NCBI GenBank assembly: GCA_035279545.1
Contig: DATEHM010000235.1
Span: forward strand, 1 to 56,749
Direction: 5' to 3'
DNA: 56,749 nucleotides
From: a bacterium
GTDB taxonomy: Bacteria > Sysuimicrobiota > Sysuimicrobiia > Sysuimicrobiales > Segetimicrobiaceae
Shown piece after piece: positions 43,617 through 53,024 of this stretch. The position numbers and the translations under genes are program-made. How positions within the stretch are numbered: position 1 is the first letter of the stretch; each line of letters starts with the position of its first letter. The notes under the pieces are model-generated. The model searched no databases. It saw nothing but the letters and a program-made list of their open reading frames with translations, and had not been told where the DNA came from.

Positions 43617-44936
43617 GTGGCGAGCGCGCTGGTGAGGGAATTGGGACGTCGCTGCCTGTTCGGCCGGGAGTTGGGTGCCGCGCGCGATGCGCACTGGACG
43701 ATGCAGTGGCAGTCAACGGCCACGATCCAGGAACGGCAGTGGGCGCAGGTACGCGCGTGCGTCGCCTACGCGCGGCAGGCCAGCGACTTTTACCGGGGCC
43801 GTCTCGCCGCGGTGCACCTCGACGGCGAGCTGACCGCCGACGCCTTTCGCCGGATCCGTCCGCTGAGCCGCCAGGAGGTGGTGGGCTCGGGGGCGGGGAT
43901 CCGGACGAGCGGCGGGCGCCCCGGCGTGATGCGCCGGCGGTCGGGGGGGAGCAGTGGCGACAGCGTCCAGATTCCCCTCGACCGGGGGACGTATCGCTGG
44001 TACACCGCCGGGACGTGGCGGGGGCTGCGGTGGTGGGGAGCGGATCTTGCCGACCGCGGAGCGGTCGTCCTGGGGTCAGGAGCGACCGGGGTCCGGCGCC
44101 TCGTCCTGGGGGCCAAGGACTGGGTCATGAACTGGCTGCGCCTTCCCGTCGATGAGCGATTCGATGACCGGCTCCCGGCGATGGTTGACCGCATGCAGCG
44201 GTTCGGCCCCGCGTTCATCTACGGGTACCCCTCCGCGGTGCACCCCCTCGCGGTTGCCGTCCGCGACCGAGGGTGGCGGCCCACGCATCCCCTGAAGGTG
44301 ATCGCGCTGACCGGCGAGCCCGTCTACGCGTTCCAGCGGCAGGCGATCGCGCGCGCGTTTCACTGTCCAGTTGTGGAGGAGTACGGCAGTGGCGAATTGG
44401 GCTCGATGGGGTTTGAGTGCCCCGAGGGCTCGTTGCACGTCACGGCCGAGAATGTCTTCCTCGAGATCGTCCCCTCCGACCTTCCGGCGGACGGCGCCGG
44501 GGGCCCGATCCTCGCCACCCAACTGCACAACCGGCTCTTCCCGCTGATCCGGTACGAGACCGGGGACGTGGGCCTCCTCCGCACGGAGCCATGTCGATGC
44601 GGGCGGGGGCTGCCCACGCTCCGGGTGTTCGGACGGCTGGGGGACCGGCTGGAGGGGCCCGGGGGAACGATCCTGGCCAGACCGAAAGTTGAGGAGTTGT
44701 TCACCGCGCTCCCGGAGCCGCTTCAAGGGCGGGTGCAGGTGGTTCACCCCGCGCCGGCGCTTCTCGCCCTCCACGTCGCCCGGCCGGTGGACCCCGCGCG
44801 TGACCTGGGCGCGGCGACTTCGGCCGCCCGAGTCGTGTTCGGTCCGGACTGGCGTGTCGAGGCGGCCGCGGTCGGGCGACTCGCCCGTCTGGTCTCCGGG
44901 AAGCTGCCCTACTTCCTTCGGGCAACCCCCCGATGA
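43617..44936 (+). CDS. Adenylate-forming enzyme of the PaaK/CapK/F390-synthetase type
   Basis: Motifs SGGSSGDSVQIP (AMP-binding loop-like), IYGYPSAV, EEYGSGELG and YETGD. The start is uncertain: GTG 43617 or ATG 43701. Confidence 0.7.
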   Translation: MASALVRELGRRCLFGRELGAARDAHWTMQWQSTATIQERQWAQVRACVAYARQASDFYRGRLAAVHLDGELTADAFRRIRPLSRQEVVGSGAGIRTSGGRPGVMRRRSGGSSGDSVQIPLDRGTYRWYTAGTWRGLRWWGADLADRGAVVLGSGATGVRRLVLGAKDWVMNWLRLPVDERFDDRLPAMVDRMQRFGPAFIYGYPSAVHPLAVAVRDRGWRPTHPLKVIALTGEPVYAFQRQAIARAFHCPVVEEYGSGELGSMGFECPEGSLHVTAENVFLEIVPSDLPADGAGGPILATQLHNRLFPLIRYETGDVGLLRTEPCRCGRGLPTLRVFGRLGDRLEGPGGTILARPKVEELFTALPEPLQGRVQVVHPAPALLALHVARPVDPARDLGAATSAARVVFGPDWRVEAAAVGRLARLVSGKLPYFLRATPR

Positions 44937-46084
44937 CGCGCGCGCTGTTGATCACCAACGACTTCCCGCCCATGGGGGGCGGCGAGGCCACCTGTTACGC
45001 GCGGATCTGCGCCTCGGTCCCGCCCGATCGGATCGTGGTGCTGGCACCCCGGATGGCGGGGGACCAGGCGTTCGACCAAGCGCAGGCCTACCGGGTCATC
45101 CGGAGATCCGCGCCGACGAACCCTCACCCGGTCGCCCGCCTGCTCCAGATCGCCCTGCTGTTCGTTCGGGCACTGCGGATGATCCGGAGCGAGTCCATCG
45201 ACATCGTGCACATCGGGCACCTGCACCTGGGGCCCATCGGGCTCGGGCTCCAACGGTGGCGGGGTGTCCCTTACGTCCTCTACCTGCACGGGGGCGAAAT
45301 GGCCGCGTATCTGCGGTTTCGCCCCATCCGGGCCATCGCCCGCGCCATCGTGGAAGGCGCCGTCGTCGTCGTCGTCAACAGCGCCTTCACGCGTCAGCAC
45401 TACTCGGCCCTGGGGATTCGTCCCGCCCGCGTCGAGACCCTGACGATCAGCCCGGGCACGGCGCAGTTCGGGCCCGACGATCAGGGGCGCCGGATTCGCG
45501 CGAAATATCGGCTCGGCGACGACAAGGTGATCCTGACCGTGGGTCGGCTCATCGAGCGCAAGGGGCACGACGTGGTGATCCGATCGCTCGATCGGATCCG
45601 GCAAACGGTCGGCCCCGTGCGATACGTCATCGCCGGTCGGGGGCCCGAGGAGATGCGGCTGCGGGCGCTGGCGCGTGCGCTGGGGTGCGAAGACACGGTG
45701 CATTTCATCGGGTACGTTCCGTCAGAGGAGCTCCCCGCGCTCTACGCCGCCTGCAACGTCTTTGTCATGCCCAGCCGGGTTCTGACGCAGCGGGACGGCG
45801 TCGAAGGGTTCGGGATCGTCTTCCTCGAGGCGGCGGCGGCCTCCAAGCCGGTGGTGGGAGGCCGCAGCGGCGGGATCCCGGAGGTGGTCCTCGACAACGT
45901 CACCGGCCGGCTGGTCGATCCCGGGGATGTCGATCAGCTGACCGAGGCGCTCGTTCAGCTCCTGCTCGATCGCCACGAGGCGGGACGGTTGGGTGCGAAC
46001 GGGCGGCGGCACGCCGAAGCGGTTGAAGCGGCATGGAGCGCGACGCTGCGTCGGATCTGGGACGAGCCGGTTCGCGCCGGGTAA
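44933..46084 (+). CDS. Glycosyltransferase family 4
   Basis: Motifs ALLITNDFPPMGGGEA and GVEGFGIVFLEAAAASKPVVGGRSGGIPEVVLDNVTGRLV. ATGA overlap with the upstream gene. Confidence 0.85.
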   Translation: MTRALLITNDFPPMGGGEATCYARICASVPPDRIVVLAPRMAGDQAFDQAQAYRVIRRSAPTNPHPVARLLQIALLFVRALRMIRSESIDIVHIGHLHLGPIGLGLQRWRGVPYVLYLHGGEMAAYLRFRPIRAIARAIVEGAVVVVVNSAFTRQHYSALGIRPARVETLTISPGTAQFGPDDQGRRIRAKYRLGDDKVILTVGRLIERKGHDVVIRSLDRIRQTVGPVRYVIAGRGPEEMRLRALARALGCEDTVHFIGYVPSEELPALYAACNVFVMPSRVLTQRDGVEGFGIVFLEAAAASKPVVGGRSGGIPEVVLDNVTGRLVDPGDVDQLTEALVQLLLDRHEAGRLGANGRRHAEAVEAAWSATLRRIWDEPVRAG

Positions 46085-46091
46085 CGCCGAC

Positions 46092-47261
46092 ATGCCGGCG
46101 TCGAAGATTCACGTCCTCCACGTGATCACCCGCCTCGTCGTGGGCGGGGCGCAGGAAAACACCCTACTCACGGCCGCGCGGCTCGATCCGGCGCGGTATG
46201 AGGTGACGCTGGCGAGCGGTCCCACCACGGGCCCGGAGGGGAGCCTCGAGGATCGCGTGTCGTCCCTGCGCGCCTTCGAGCGGATCCCCGAACTGGTGCG
46301 CAGTCCACACCCGATGCTCGACCCCGCCGCCCTCGGCAGGCTCTACGCGCTGATGCGCCGCCACCGCTATCACATCGTCCACACCCATACCACGAAGGCG
46401 GGGATCCTGGGTCGCATCGCCGCTCGGCTCGCGCGGATCCCGATCATCCTCCACACCCCGCACGGGCACGCCTTTCACGACTACCTGAACCAGGCGGGAT
46501 CGGAGGTGCTGCGTCGGCTCGAGCGCTGGCTGGCCGGGCACACCGATCAGATCATCTGCCTGACCGAGGCCGAGCGAGACGAACACCTGCGTCTGGGGAT
46601 CGGGCCGCCCGAGCGGTTCGCGATCATTCACAGCGGGGTGGATATCGAGCGCTTCAGGAGCGCCCGGCCCGACGTCGAGGCCAAACGGCGGGAGCTCCAC
46701 CTTCCCCCGATCGGCCCCCTGGTGGGCTGCGTGGCCCGTCTGGCGACGGTCAAAGGGGTCCAGCACCTCCTCGACGCCGTCCCGAGAATCTGCGCCGCGG
46801 TGCCCAATGCGACCGTCGTCTGTGTGGGGGACGGCCCTCTTCGGCCGGAGTTGGAGCGCCATGCACGCGTTCTGGGGGTGGAGCGGTCCGTCGTCTTTCC
46901 CGGGGTGCGGCGCGATGTGGACGAGATCATGCCGCTGTTTGACGTGGTCGTCCTGCCGTCCCTGAACGAAGGCATGGGAAAAGCCGCGATCGAGGCGATG
47001 GCTGCGGGCCGGCTCGTCATCGGCTCCCGGGTGAGCGGGCTTCAGGACGTCATCGTGGACGGCCAGACGGGTTTTCTCGTCCCGCCTGCCGAGCCGGAGG
47101 AGCTGGCGGCGACGGTGATTCGGTGCCTCACCGATATGCCGCTGACTCGCGCCATGGGGATCCGGGGCCAGAGGCTCGTTGACCGGTATAGCATCGAGGT
47201 GATGATCGAAAAGATTGAGCGCCTGTACGCTCGATGGCTCACGGCGAAAGAGATTCAATAG
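46092..47261 (+). CDS. Glycosyltransferase family 4
   Basis: Motifs IHVLHVITRLVVGGAQ and PSLNEGMGKAAIEAMAAGRLVIGSRVSGLQDVIVDGQTGFLV. Confidence 0.85.
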   Translation: MPASKIHVLHVITRLVVGGAQENTLLTAARLDPARYEVTLASGPTTGPEGSLEDRVSSLRAFERIPELVRSPHPMLDPAALGRLYALMRRHRYHIVHTHTTKAGILGRIAARLARIPIILHTPHGHAFHDYLNQAGSEVLRRLERWLAGHTDQIICLTEAERDEHLRLGIGPPERFAIIHSGVDIERFRSARPDVEAKRRELHLPPIGPLVGCVARLATVKGVQHLLDAVPRICAAVPNATVVCVGDGPLRPELERHARVLGVERSVVFPGVRRDVDEIMPLFDVVVLPSLNEGMGKAAIEAMAAGRLVIGSRVSGLQDVIVDGQTGFLVPPAEPEELAATVIRCLTDMPLTRAMGIRGQRLVDRYSIEVMIEKIERLYARWLTAKEIQ

Positions 47262-47428
47262 CATCCACCGGCACGCAGCGCCCGGATAGACGAGAGGAGA
47301 AGGGCGGATGTCGACGAGGACTCGGGAGTGAACCGCCAAGAGCCGCTGCCGAATTTAGTGGAAGCGCGCAAGACATCACTTCACCTCACGAGGAAAGCTC
47401 CCTGCGGAATCAGCCGAAACGCCTAGTC

Positions 47429-48859
47429 ATGAAGGACATCGTCGGGCGCGTCGGAGTCTGGGCAGCATCAGCGCCGGCCGTCTGGTGGATCAGCCTCTTG
47501 GCGGTGATCCTGCGCTTGGCCAAGTCCTCGGGGGGCTTCTCAGACGATGAGGTGTTTGACGTATTTGTGGCCTCCCACCCGGTGGCGGTCATCCCATCGC
47601 TCCTGCGGAACGACTTTCATCCCCCATTCTACTTCCTGCTCCTGCATGAGTGGATACGGGTAAGTCACAGCGAGATTTGGGTGCGCCTGCTCAGCATGAC
47701 GTTCGGCATTGCCGCTGTGCCGATGACATACTTCCTCGCCGATCGCCTGGCGTCGCGACGAGTTGCCGTCGTTTCCGCCCTGCTTGTTGCGATCTCACCG
47801 TATCACATCACCGTTAGTGACAGTGGCAAGATGTATGCCTTGGTGACGGTGCTCGCCCTGGCCATCGCCTGGGCACTCCCGGAAGCCCTTGATGGTCACC
47901 CGAAATGGTGGGCGGCCTACGCTCTCGGCGCACTCTTTTTAGTCTACTCACACAACTTGGGGGCGTTTGTCGTCCTGGGGACGGCGCTGTGGAGCCTGGT
48001 GGTGTGTGTCCGGGGCCGAAGAGATCTGGGGTGGTGGCTTGCCTCGCATCTGCTGATCCTGATGGGATATCTTCCGTGGATGCCGACCTTGCTGCATCAG
48101 GCGGCGCCCGGCAGCTTCCTGCGGGGCGGGGTACCGCGTCCAACCGAGTACCGCGCCTGGAGTGCGGCTTGGTACTATTGGACCACCCCGTACCTTCTGC
48201 TCTCCGAGCCGCTGCGCGTGAAGCTGACGTTGCCGCTCTTTGCCCTGGTGATAGTCGGCCTGGCGCGGCTCCGTGACTATCGACCTGCGATCCTCCCGCT
48301 GATTGCGCTCGGCGCCGTGCCGTTCGTCCTTGCCGTGGTGCTGGGGGTCATGGGCTTCCCGGTCTTCCTGGCCCGGGCATTGCCTTCTGTCTCAATCGCT
48401 CTGTACATCTGTCTGGCCATCGGTCTGCTGAGCCTGCGCAGGTACCTGCGCGGAGCCGCCACCCTTGTAGTCGGCCTGCTGATGTTCCTGTCGCTGACCA
48501 ACTATCTGCGCGCGCCGAGTGAAGACTGGCGTGCCGTGGCCTGGTACTTGCATCAGCACACAGCCCGGAAGGACGTGATTGCCGTATCGTCTGAGTATTA
48601 CGCAGCGGCTCTGGGGTACTACTGGACTCCACCTCCGCGGGTCATCGTCTGGCCCGCGGACCTGAGTGCCGGGAAGACGCCGTGCGGCGTGTGGATGGTC
48701 GACAAGAACGGTCCAGCCTACGATCGCAGCACATACCGAGTGACCCTCGCGCGGCTGTTCGGTGAACCCCGGATCGTCTATGTGGGAACCGTTCCGGTCA
48801 TATATTACCTGCGATCCACTGCGCCTCCCGATGCCCGTTGCCGACGGGGAAGGTCTTAG
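47429..48859 (+). CDS. GT-C fold glycosyltransferase, family 39 / ArnT-PMT-like (second copy)
   Basis: Polytopic membrane protein. The first loop has the acidic motif GGFSDDEVFDVF, then HPPFYFLLLHEW. The C-terminal soluble-looking region is about 110 aa. Confidence 0.72.
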   Translation: MKDIVGRVGVWAASAPAVWWISLLAVILRLAKSSGGFSDDEVFDVFVASHPVAVIPSLLRNDFHPPFYFLLLHEWIRVSHSEIWVRLLSMTFGIAAVPMTYFLADRLASRRVAVVSALLVAISPYHITVSDSGKMYALVTVLALAIAWALPEALDGHPKWWAAYALGALFLVYSHNLGAFVVLGTALWSLVVCVRGRRDLGWWLASHLLILMGYLPWMPTLLHQAAPGSFLRGGVPRPTEYRAWSAAWYYWTTPYLLLSEPLRVKLTLPLFALVIVGLARLRDYRPAILPLIALGAVPFVLAVVLGVMGFPVFLARALPSVSIALYICLAIGLLSLRRYLRGAATLVVGLLMFLSLTNYLRAPSEDWRAVAWYLHQHTARKDVIAVSSEYYAAALGYYWTPPPRVIVWPADLSAGKTPCGVWMVDKNGPAYDRSTYRVTLARLFGEPRIVYVGTVPVIYYLRSTAPPDARCRRGRS

Positions 48860-48910
48860 AGCCACTCCGATGGCTCCTCAGTCGAAAATCGCCGCCGTCC
48901 CTACGATCCC

Positions 48911-50674
48911 CTATCGCCGCTTCGGCTTGGCCCCGCCCCTGCCTTTTTGAGCACCGGAAGGTGTCGACCCGCTCGTGGACAGTGTAGAACCGCTGGTGGT
49001 CAACGCCGTCGGTTGCCCCGTGGGCGTCATCGTGTAGTACTTGTTGGCGGTGAGGGTAAAGTGGGTGATCTGGCCGGTACGCCAGACGGTCTCCACCGCT
49101 ACCGACCCGCTGCACGTCCCCAACCCGAAATGGATGACTCGGCTGCTCTGGTGCACCCACCCCGTCCGGGCGGTCAACTGCTGGACCTGCCGCCTGTTGC
49201 ACGCGGTAATCGTCACCCACGACCCGATCGTGACGGGTCCGTTCAGCCGAAATCCGATCCAGCTATTCCCGCTCTGGGTGACGTTGCGATAGAGGATGAA
49301 TGGCCCCGGGACCCCTTGGTCGTTGTAGCCGACGATCAGATCCAGCCGCCCGTCCATGTCGTAGTCGATCACGGCGGCGCCGCCGGCTCCGAAGGGTGTG
49401 CCGACGAACCGGTTGAGGCCCGCTTGGGTCGCCATGTCGGTGAATTGCCCGTGGCCGTTGTTCATCAGGAGGGCGTCCGGACCTTTGCAGCCGTTGCCGT
49501 TCTGGAGACATCCCCGGCTCATGGTCACGAAGATGCTGGGCGCCCCCGAGTTGTCAAAGTCGCCGACCGCCATGGAACGGACTTCGGCGTTCGGCCCGTG
49601 CGGCAACGGGACGCGGCTGCACTCCGTGAGAATGGTGGTCCCGTTATTGCAAAGGATTCGCATCGTCGCCGGGGTCAAGGCGACGCCGGCGTCGAGGAAA
49701 CCGTGCCCCGAGAAATCCGCGAAGTAGGCGTCGTGATTGTACGGCCCCAGGCTCGCGGCCACGCCGCCGTACACGCCGGTCGTCGGTGTGAACGTGCCAT
49801 TCCTGTTGTTTAGAAACCACAAGCTGTAGTTGTTGCCGGTGGTGAGGCAGTCCATCAACCCGATCCGGCGGAAGTCTGCGCACGCCAACCCGTAAGGCTT
49901 CTCATCGGCGCTGTACGCGGTCGTGCCCGTCAGTCCGCGGGCAACCGCCTGTTCCTGGAGTGGGGTTGTCGGCAGCGAATTCACCCAGAGGTGCTGGGCC
50001 GGTTGGCTGCCGAAGGGGGGCGTAGGCTCTAGGTTGGCCAGAAGCACGTCCGGTCCGGTGCCGACGAGGTTGCCGCAGGTCATCGCGCTGACCTTCGACA
50101 TGAGGTCCGTCGTGCCCAGCTTCGAGGCAATGTCGGTGAAGCTTTTCCCGTCGTTGTGAAGCCAGAGGTCGTTGACGCCGGTGACGTCTCTGGTATCGGT
50201 CCGGAATCCCGTGCCGATGATCAGATCTTCGAACCCGGTATGCTCGACATCGCACCACAACGCGATATGCCGGTGCTGGGTCGTGTCGGTCACCGGCGGG
50301 AGGAGCGAGGTCGTTTCCGTGAACGTCCCGTGGGCATTATGAAATAGCTGACCGCCCCGCGGCCACGTCAACGATCCCTCGTTGCCGCCGAGCGTACACG
50401 GTTGGCCGACGTTGAAATTGCAGCTGCCGTGATGGCCAATGTACACGCTGTCCCAGCCGCTGTTGTCGTAATCGGCAACCGCAATGTCGCCCCACTGCTC
50501 GCCGATGATGGGTTGACCCTTGGTGGTGAGGCCAACCTTGACCGTGACATCCTGGAAGCTCACCGAACCGGCAGGTGACGAGGACGGTGCGCTTTGCGAC
50601 GCCGGCGGGATGATCCATGCGGCCCCCACCAGCAGGCCGGCCAGTCCCAGAAGATACCGCAACGGGTGAATCAT
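48911..50674 (-). CDS. Secreted FG-GAP/VCBS repeat protein with ASPIC/UnbV C-terminal domain (CRTAC1-like)
   Basis: Signal peptide MIHPLRYLLGLAGLLVGAAW. Repeats GDIAVADYDNSGWDSV, GDFDNSGAPSIFV and VIDYDMDGRLDLIV. UnbV-like segment GNSWIGFRLNG...VIHFGLG...VWRTG. The start is trimmed to ATG 50674 (GGGGG SD). Confidence 0.8.
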   Translation of the reverse strand: MIHPLRYLLGLAGLLVGAAWIIPPASQSAPSSSPAGSVSFQDVTVKVGLTTKGQPIIGEQWGDIAVADYDNSGWDSVYIGHHGSCNFNVGQPCTLGGNEGSLTWPRGGQLFHNAHGTFTETTSLLPPVTDTTQHRHIALWCDVEHTGFEDLIIGTGFRTDTRDVTGVNDLWLHNDGKSFTDIASKLGTTDLMSKVSAMTCGNLVGTGPDVLLANLEPTPPFGSQPAQHLWVNSLPTTPLQEQAVARGLTGTTAYSADEKPYGLACADFRRIGLMDCLTTGNNYSLWFLNNRNGTFTPTTGVYGGVAASLGPYNHDAYFADFSGHGFLDAGVALTPATMRILCNNGTTILTECSRVPLPHGPNAEVRSMAVGDFDNSGAPSIFVTMSRGCLQNGNGCKGPDALLMNNGHGQFTDMATQAGLNRFVGTPFGAGGAAVIDYDMDGRLDLIVGYNDQGVPGPFILYRNVTQSGNSWIGFRLNGPVTIGSWVTITACNRRQVQQLTARTGWVHQSSRVIHFGLGTCSGSVAVETVWRTGQITHFTLTANKYYTMTPTGQPTALTTSGSTLSTSGSTPSGAQKGRGGAKPKRR

Positions 50675-51091
50675 CCTCGGTTTCCCCCTTGGCGTGGACG
50701 GGGTCGGCGCGAACATCCCCGGCCGCCTGTGGCATCAAACCTGCCACGAGCGCCGGTCCTCTCTCGCGCGATCTCCGTGGAGGGAACAGCGCCGTCCGAC
50801 GGCATCACGCATCGGTTCGGGCCGACGGTGCCGTGGGCCATCCACCGGCGAACCCCTGCGGTGCGCGGGCCCGAGCCCGCCCATTCCGGTAGCCCAGTGA
50901 GCCCACTCCGGCAACCCAGCCGACTTGCCAGCCGCCGCTGGCCTGTCCTGTGGCTTTGCGTCCCCAGATCTCTCCGGGGTTGCCCCTACGAAGCGTCCAC
51001 GCTGGTTTACCTTCCCCAGTTACACCATTCCTAGACCCGCCGCCGGCGGCATGTGACAATTTCCCCATGCCACCGGCCACGGGGCGCCGTG

Positions 51092-51667
51092 TCATTGGCG
51101 GAGGTCTTCGTAGACGAAGTTGTGATCGGCGGCATGGAACGGCGGAAGGCGCGCATCCTTCGGAGAGAGCACCGGTGTCTGGATGGGCCACGCCACCCCG
51201 AGCTCGGGGTCGTTCCAGACGATCCCTCGATCCAGGGCCTGCGCGTATTCCGCGGTGACTTTGTAGACCACGTCGGCTTCGGAGCTTAACACGCAGAAGC
51301 CGTGGGCGAACCCCGGGGGGACAAAGAGCATCCGCCGGTTCGCGGCCGACAGGATCACCCCCACCCAGCGCCGGAGAGTCGGCGATCCGCGGCGGATGTC
51401 GACCGCGACGTCGAAGATCTCTCCACGGAGCACGCCCACCAGTTTTCCCTGAGCTTTGGGATGCTTCTGATAGTGCAGCCCACGCAGCACGCCCCGGGTC
51501 GAATGTGAGTAGTTGTCCTGGACGAAGATCCAGGGGATCCCCGCGGCTCCGAACTCGGAGTGCTTGTAGGTCTCCATGAACAGCCCCCGCTCGTCCTCAA
51601 ACGCCGTGGCCTCGACCAGGACGATGTCGGGGATCTGCTGGTGTTCGAATCGAAACGGCATCTCCAA
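51092..51667 (-). CDS. rfbC: dTDP-4-dehydrorhamnose 3,5-epimerase
   Basis: Motifs [56 protein letters not shown] and [13 protein letters not shown]. Confidence 0.92.
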   Translation of the reverse strand: MEMPFRFEHQQIPDIVLVEATAFEDERGLFMETYKHSEFGAAGIPWIFVQDNYSHSTRGVLRGLHYQKHPKAQGKLVGVLRGEIFDVAVDIRRGSPTLRRWVGVILSAANRRMLFVPPGFAHGFCVLSSEADVVYKVTAEYAQALDRGIVWNDPELGVAWPIQTPVLSPKDARLPPFHAADHNFVYEDLRQ

Positions 51668-51946
51668 TCATCTCCCCTCACCCTGCGTTCCCGTCGGGTC
51701 TACCCTCGCGCTGGGGCGGTGGGTGGGGCGGCGCCAGCCGGAACGGCCATGCTGGGCCGAGCCCACGATAGCACCGCCCGTCTTCAGGTGTCAACGCGGG
51801 GCGTCCCTCTTCGATCCGAGGCCGCCGCCGGCGGCGCACCGGGTCCGCCGATCTCCCGGCATGGGGCATGCACAAGAAGGAGCATGCGTCCAAGAGCCCG
51901 TAGTGATGTCCTCACCGCGCAGTGGGATATTCGGCCAGGAGGCGGC

Positions 51947-53023
51947 ATGGCGGAACTCAAGGGGCTGGTCCTTTCCGGAGGGCGCGGCACACGGCTGCGG
52001 CCGCTCACCTACACGAGCGCCAAGCAGCTGATTCCGGTCGCGAACAAACCCATCCTCCACTTCGTCCTCGAGCAGCTCGCGGCGGCGGGCATCAAGGACA
52101 TCGGCCTGATCATTTCTCCCGAGACCGGCTCGGCGGTCCGCGAGGCGGTCGGTTCGGGAGAGCGGTGGGGGGTGAGGACGACGTACATCGTCCAGGACTC
52201 CCCGGGCGGGTTGGCCCACGCGGTGCGCGTCGCGCGGGGGTTTCTGCAGGAGAGCCCGTTCTTGATGTTCCTCGGGGATAACCTGATCCAGGGGGGCGTG
52301 GAACAGCTCCGGCATCGATTCGAGGCGGGCCAGGCCGAGGCGCTCATCCTCCTGAAGAAAGTCCCGGATCCCCGGCAGTTCGGCGTCGCGGTCTTGAACA
52401 GCGACGGAAGCGTCCGGGCTCTCGTCGAAAAGCCCGCGGTCCCGCCGAGCGACCTCGCGCTCGTCGGACTCTACCTGTTTCAGCCGAGCATTCACGCCGC
52501 CATCGACCGGATCAGGCCGTCGCAGCGCGGCGAATTGGAGATCACCGATGCGATCGAGGATCTCCTGCGCCACGGTGGTCGAGTCGATACGGTCCTGCTG
52601 GAGGGCTGGTGGTTGGACGCGGGGAAGAAGGACGACCTGCTGGAGGCCAACCGGGCGGTGTTGGACGAATTCACGCGCCGCAGTATCCTCGGGACCGTCG
52701 ACGACCAGTGCGTCATCACCGGGCGGGTCGAGATCGGGGCGACCACCGTAGTGGAGCGGAGCGTCATCCGCGGACCGGTGGTGATCGGGGACCGGTGCCG
52801 GGTGCAGGGCGCGTTCATCGGCCCCTACACCGCGATCGGCGACGACACCACGATCACCCAGACCAGCGTCCAACACTCCGTGGTCCTCGACCACTGCCGT
52901 CTGGACGGGATCGATCGCCTGGAAGACAGCGTGCTCGGGCGCGGGGTGACGATCACCCGGACGACCGATGGCCCCAGGGCCCTCCGCGTGTTCGTGAGCG
53001 ACGACTCGCAGATCTCGCTGTGA
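51947..53023 (+). CDS. rmlA: Glucose-1-phosphate thymidylyltransferase, long form (nucleotidyltransferase + left-handed beta-helix)
   Basis: AGGAGG lies before ATG 51947. Motif [33 protein letters not shown] and C-terminal hexapeptide-repeat region. Confidence 0.88.
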   Translation: MAELKGLVLSGGRGTRLRPLTYTSAKQLIPVANKPILHFVLEQLAAAGIKDIGLIISPETGSAVREAVGSGERWGVRTTYIVQDSPGGLAHAVRVARGFLQESPFLMFLGDNLIQGGVEQLRHRFEAGQAEALILLKKVPDPRQFGVAVLNSDGSVRALVEKPAVPPSDLALVGLYLFQPSIHAAIDRIRPSQRGELEITDAIEDLLRHGGRVDTVLLEGWWLDAGKKDDLLEANRAVLDEFTRRSILGTVDDQCVITGRVEIGATTVVERSVIRGPVVIGDRCRVQGAFIGPYTAIGDDTTITQTSVQHSVVLDHCRLDGIDRLEDSVLGRGVTITRTTDGPRALRVFVSDDSQISL

Positions 53024-53024
53024 T

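Noticed and set aside
48911-48960. The C-terminal tail of the CRTAC1-like protein, considered as a third PEP-CTERM signal
   Set aside because: There is no PEP tripeptide and no hydrophobic helix before the basic residues, so it does not meet the motif definition.
51092-53023. rmlA and rfbC are present without rmlB or rmlD, considered as a sign of an incomplete dTDP-rhamnose pathway
   Set aside because: The absence may simply reflect the window boundary, and the SDR at 54961-55980 could supply a dehydratase step. It is not interpretable from this window.
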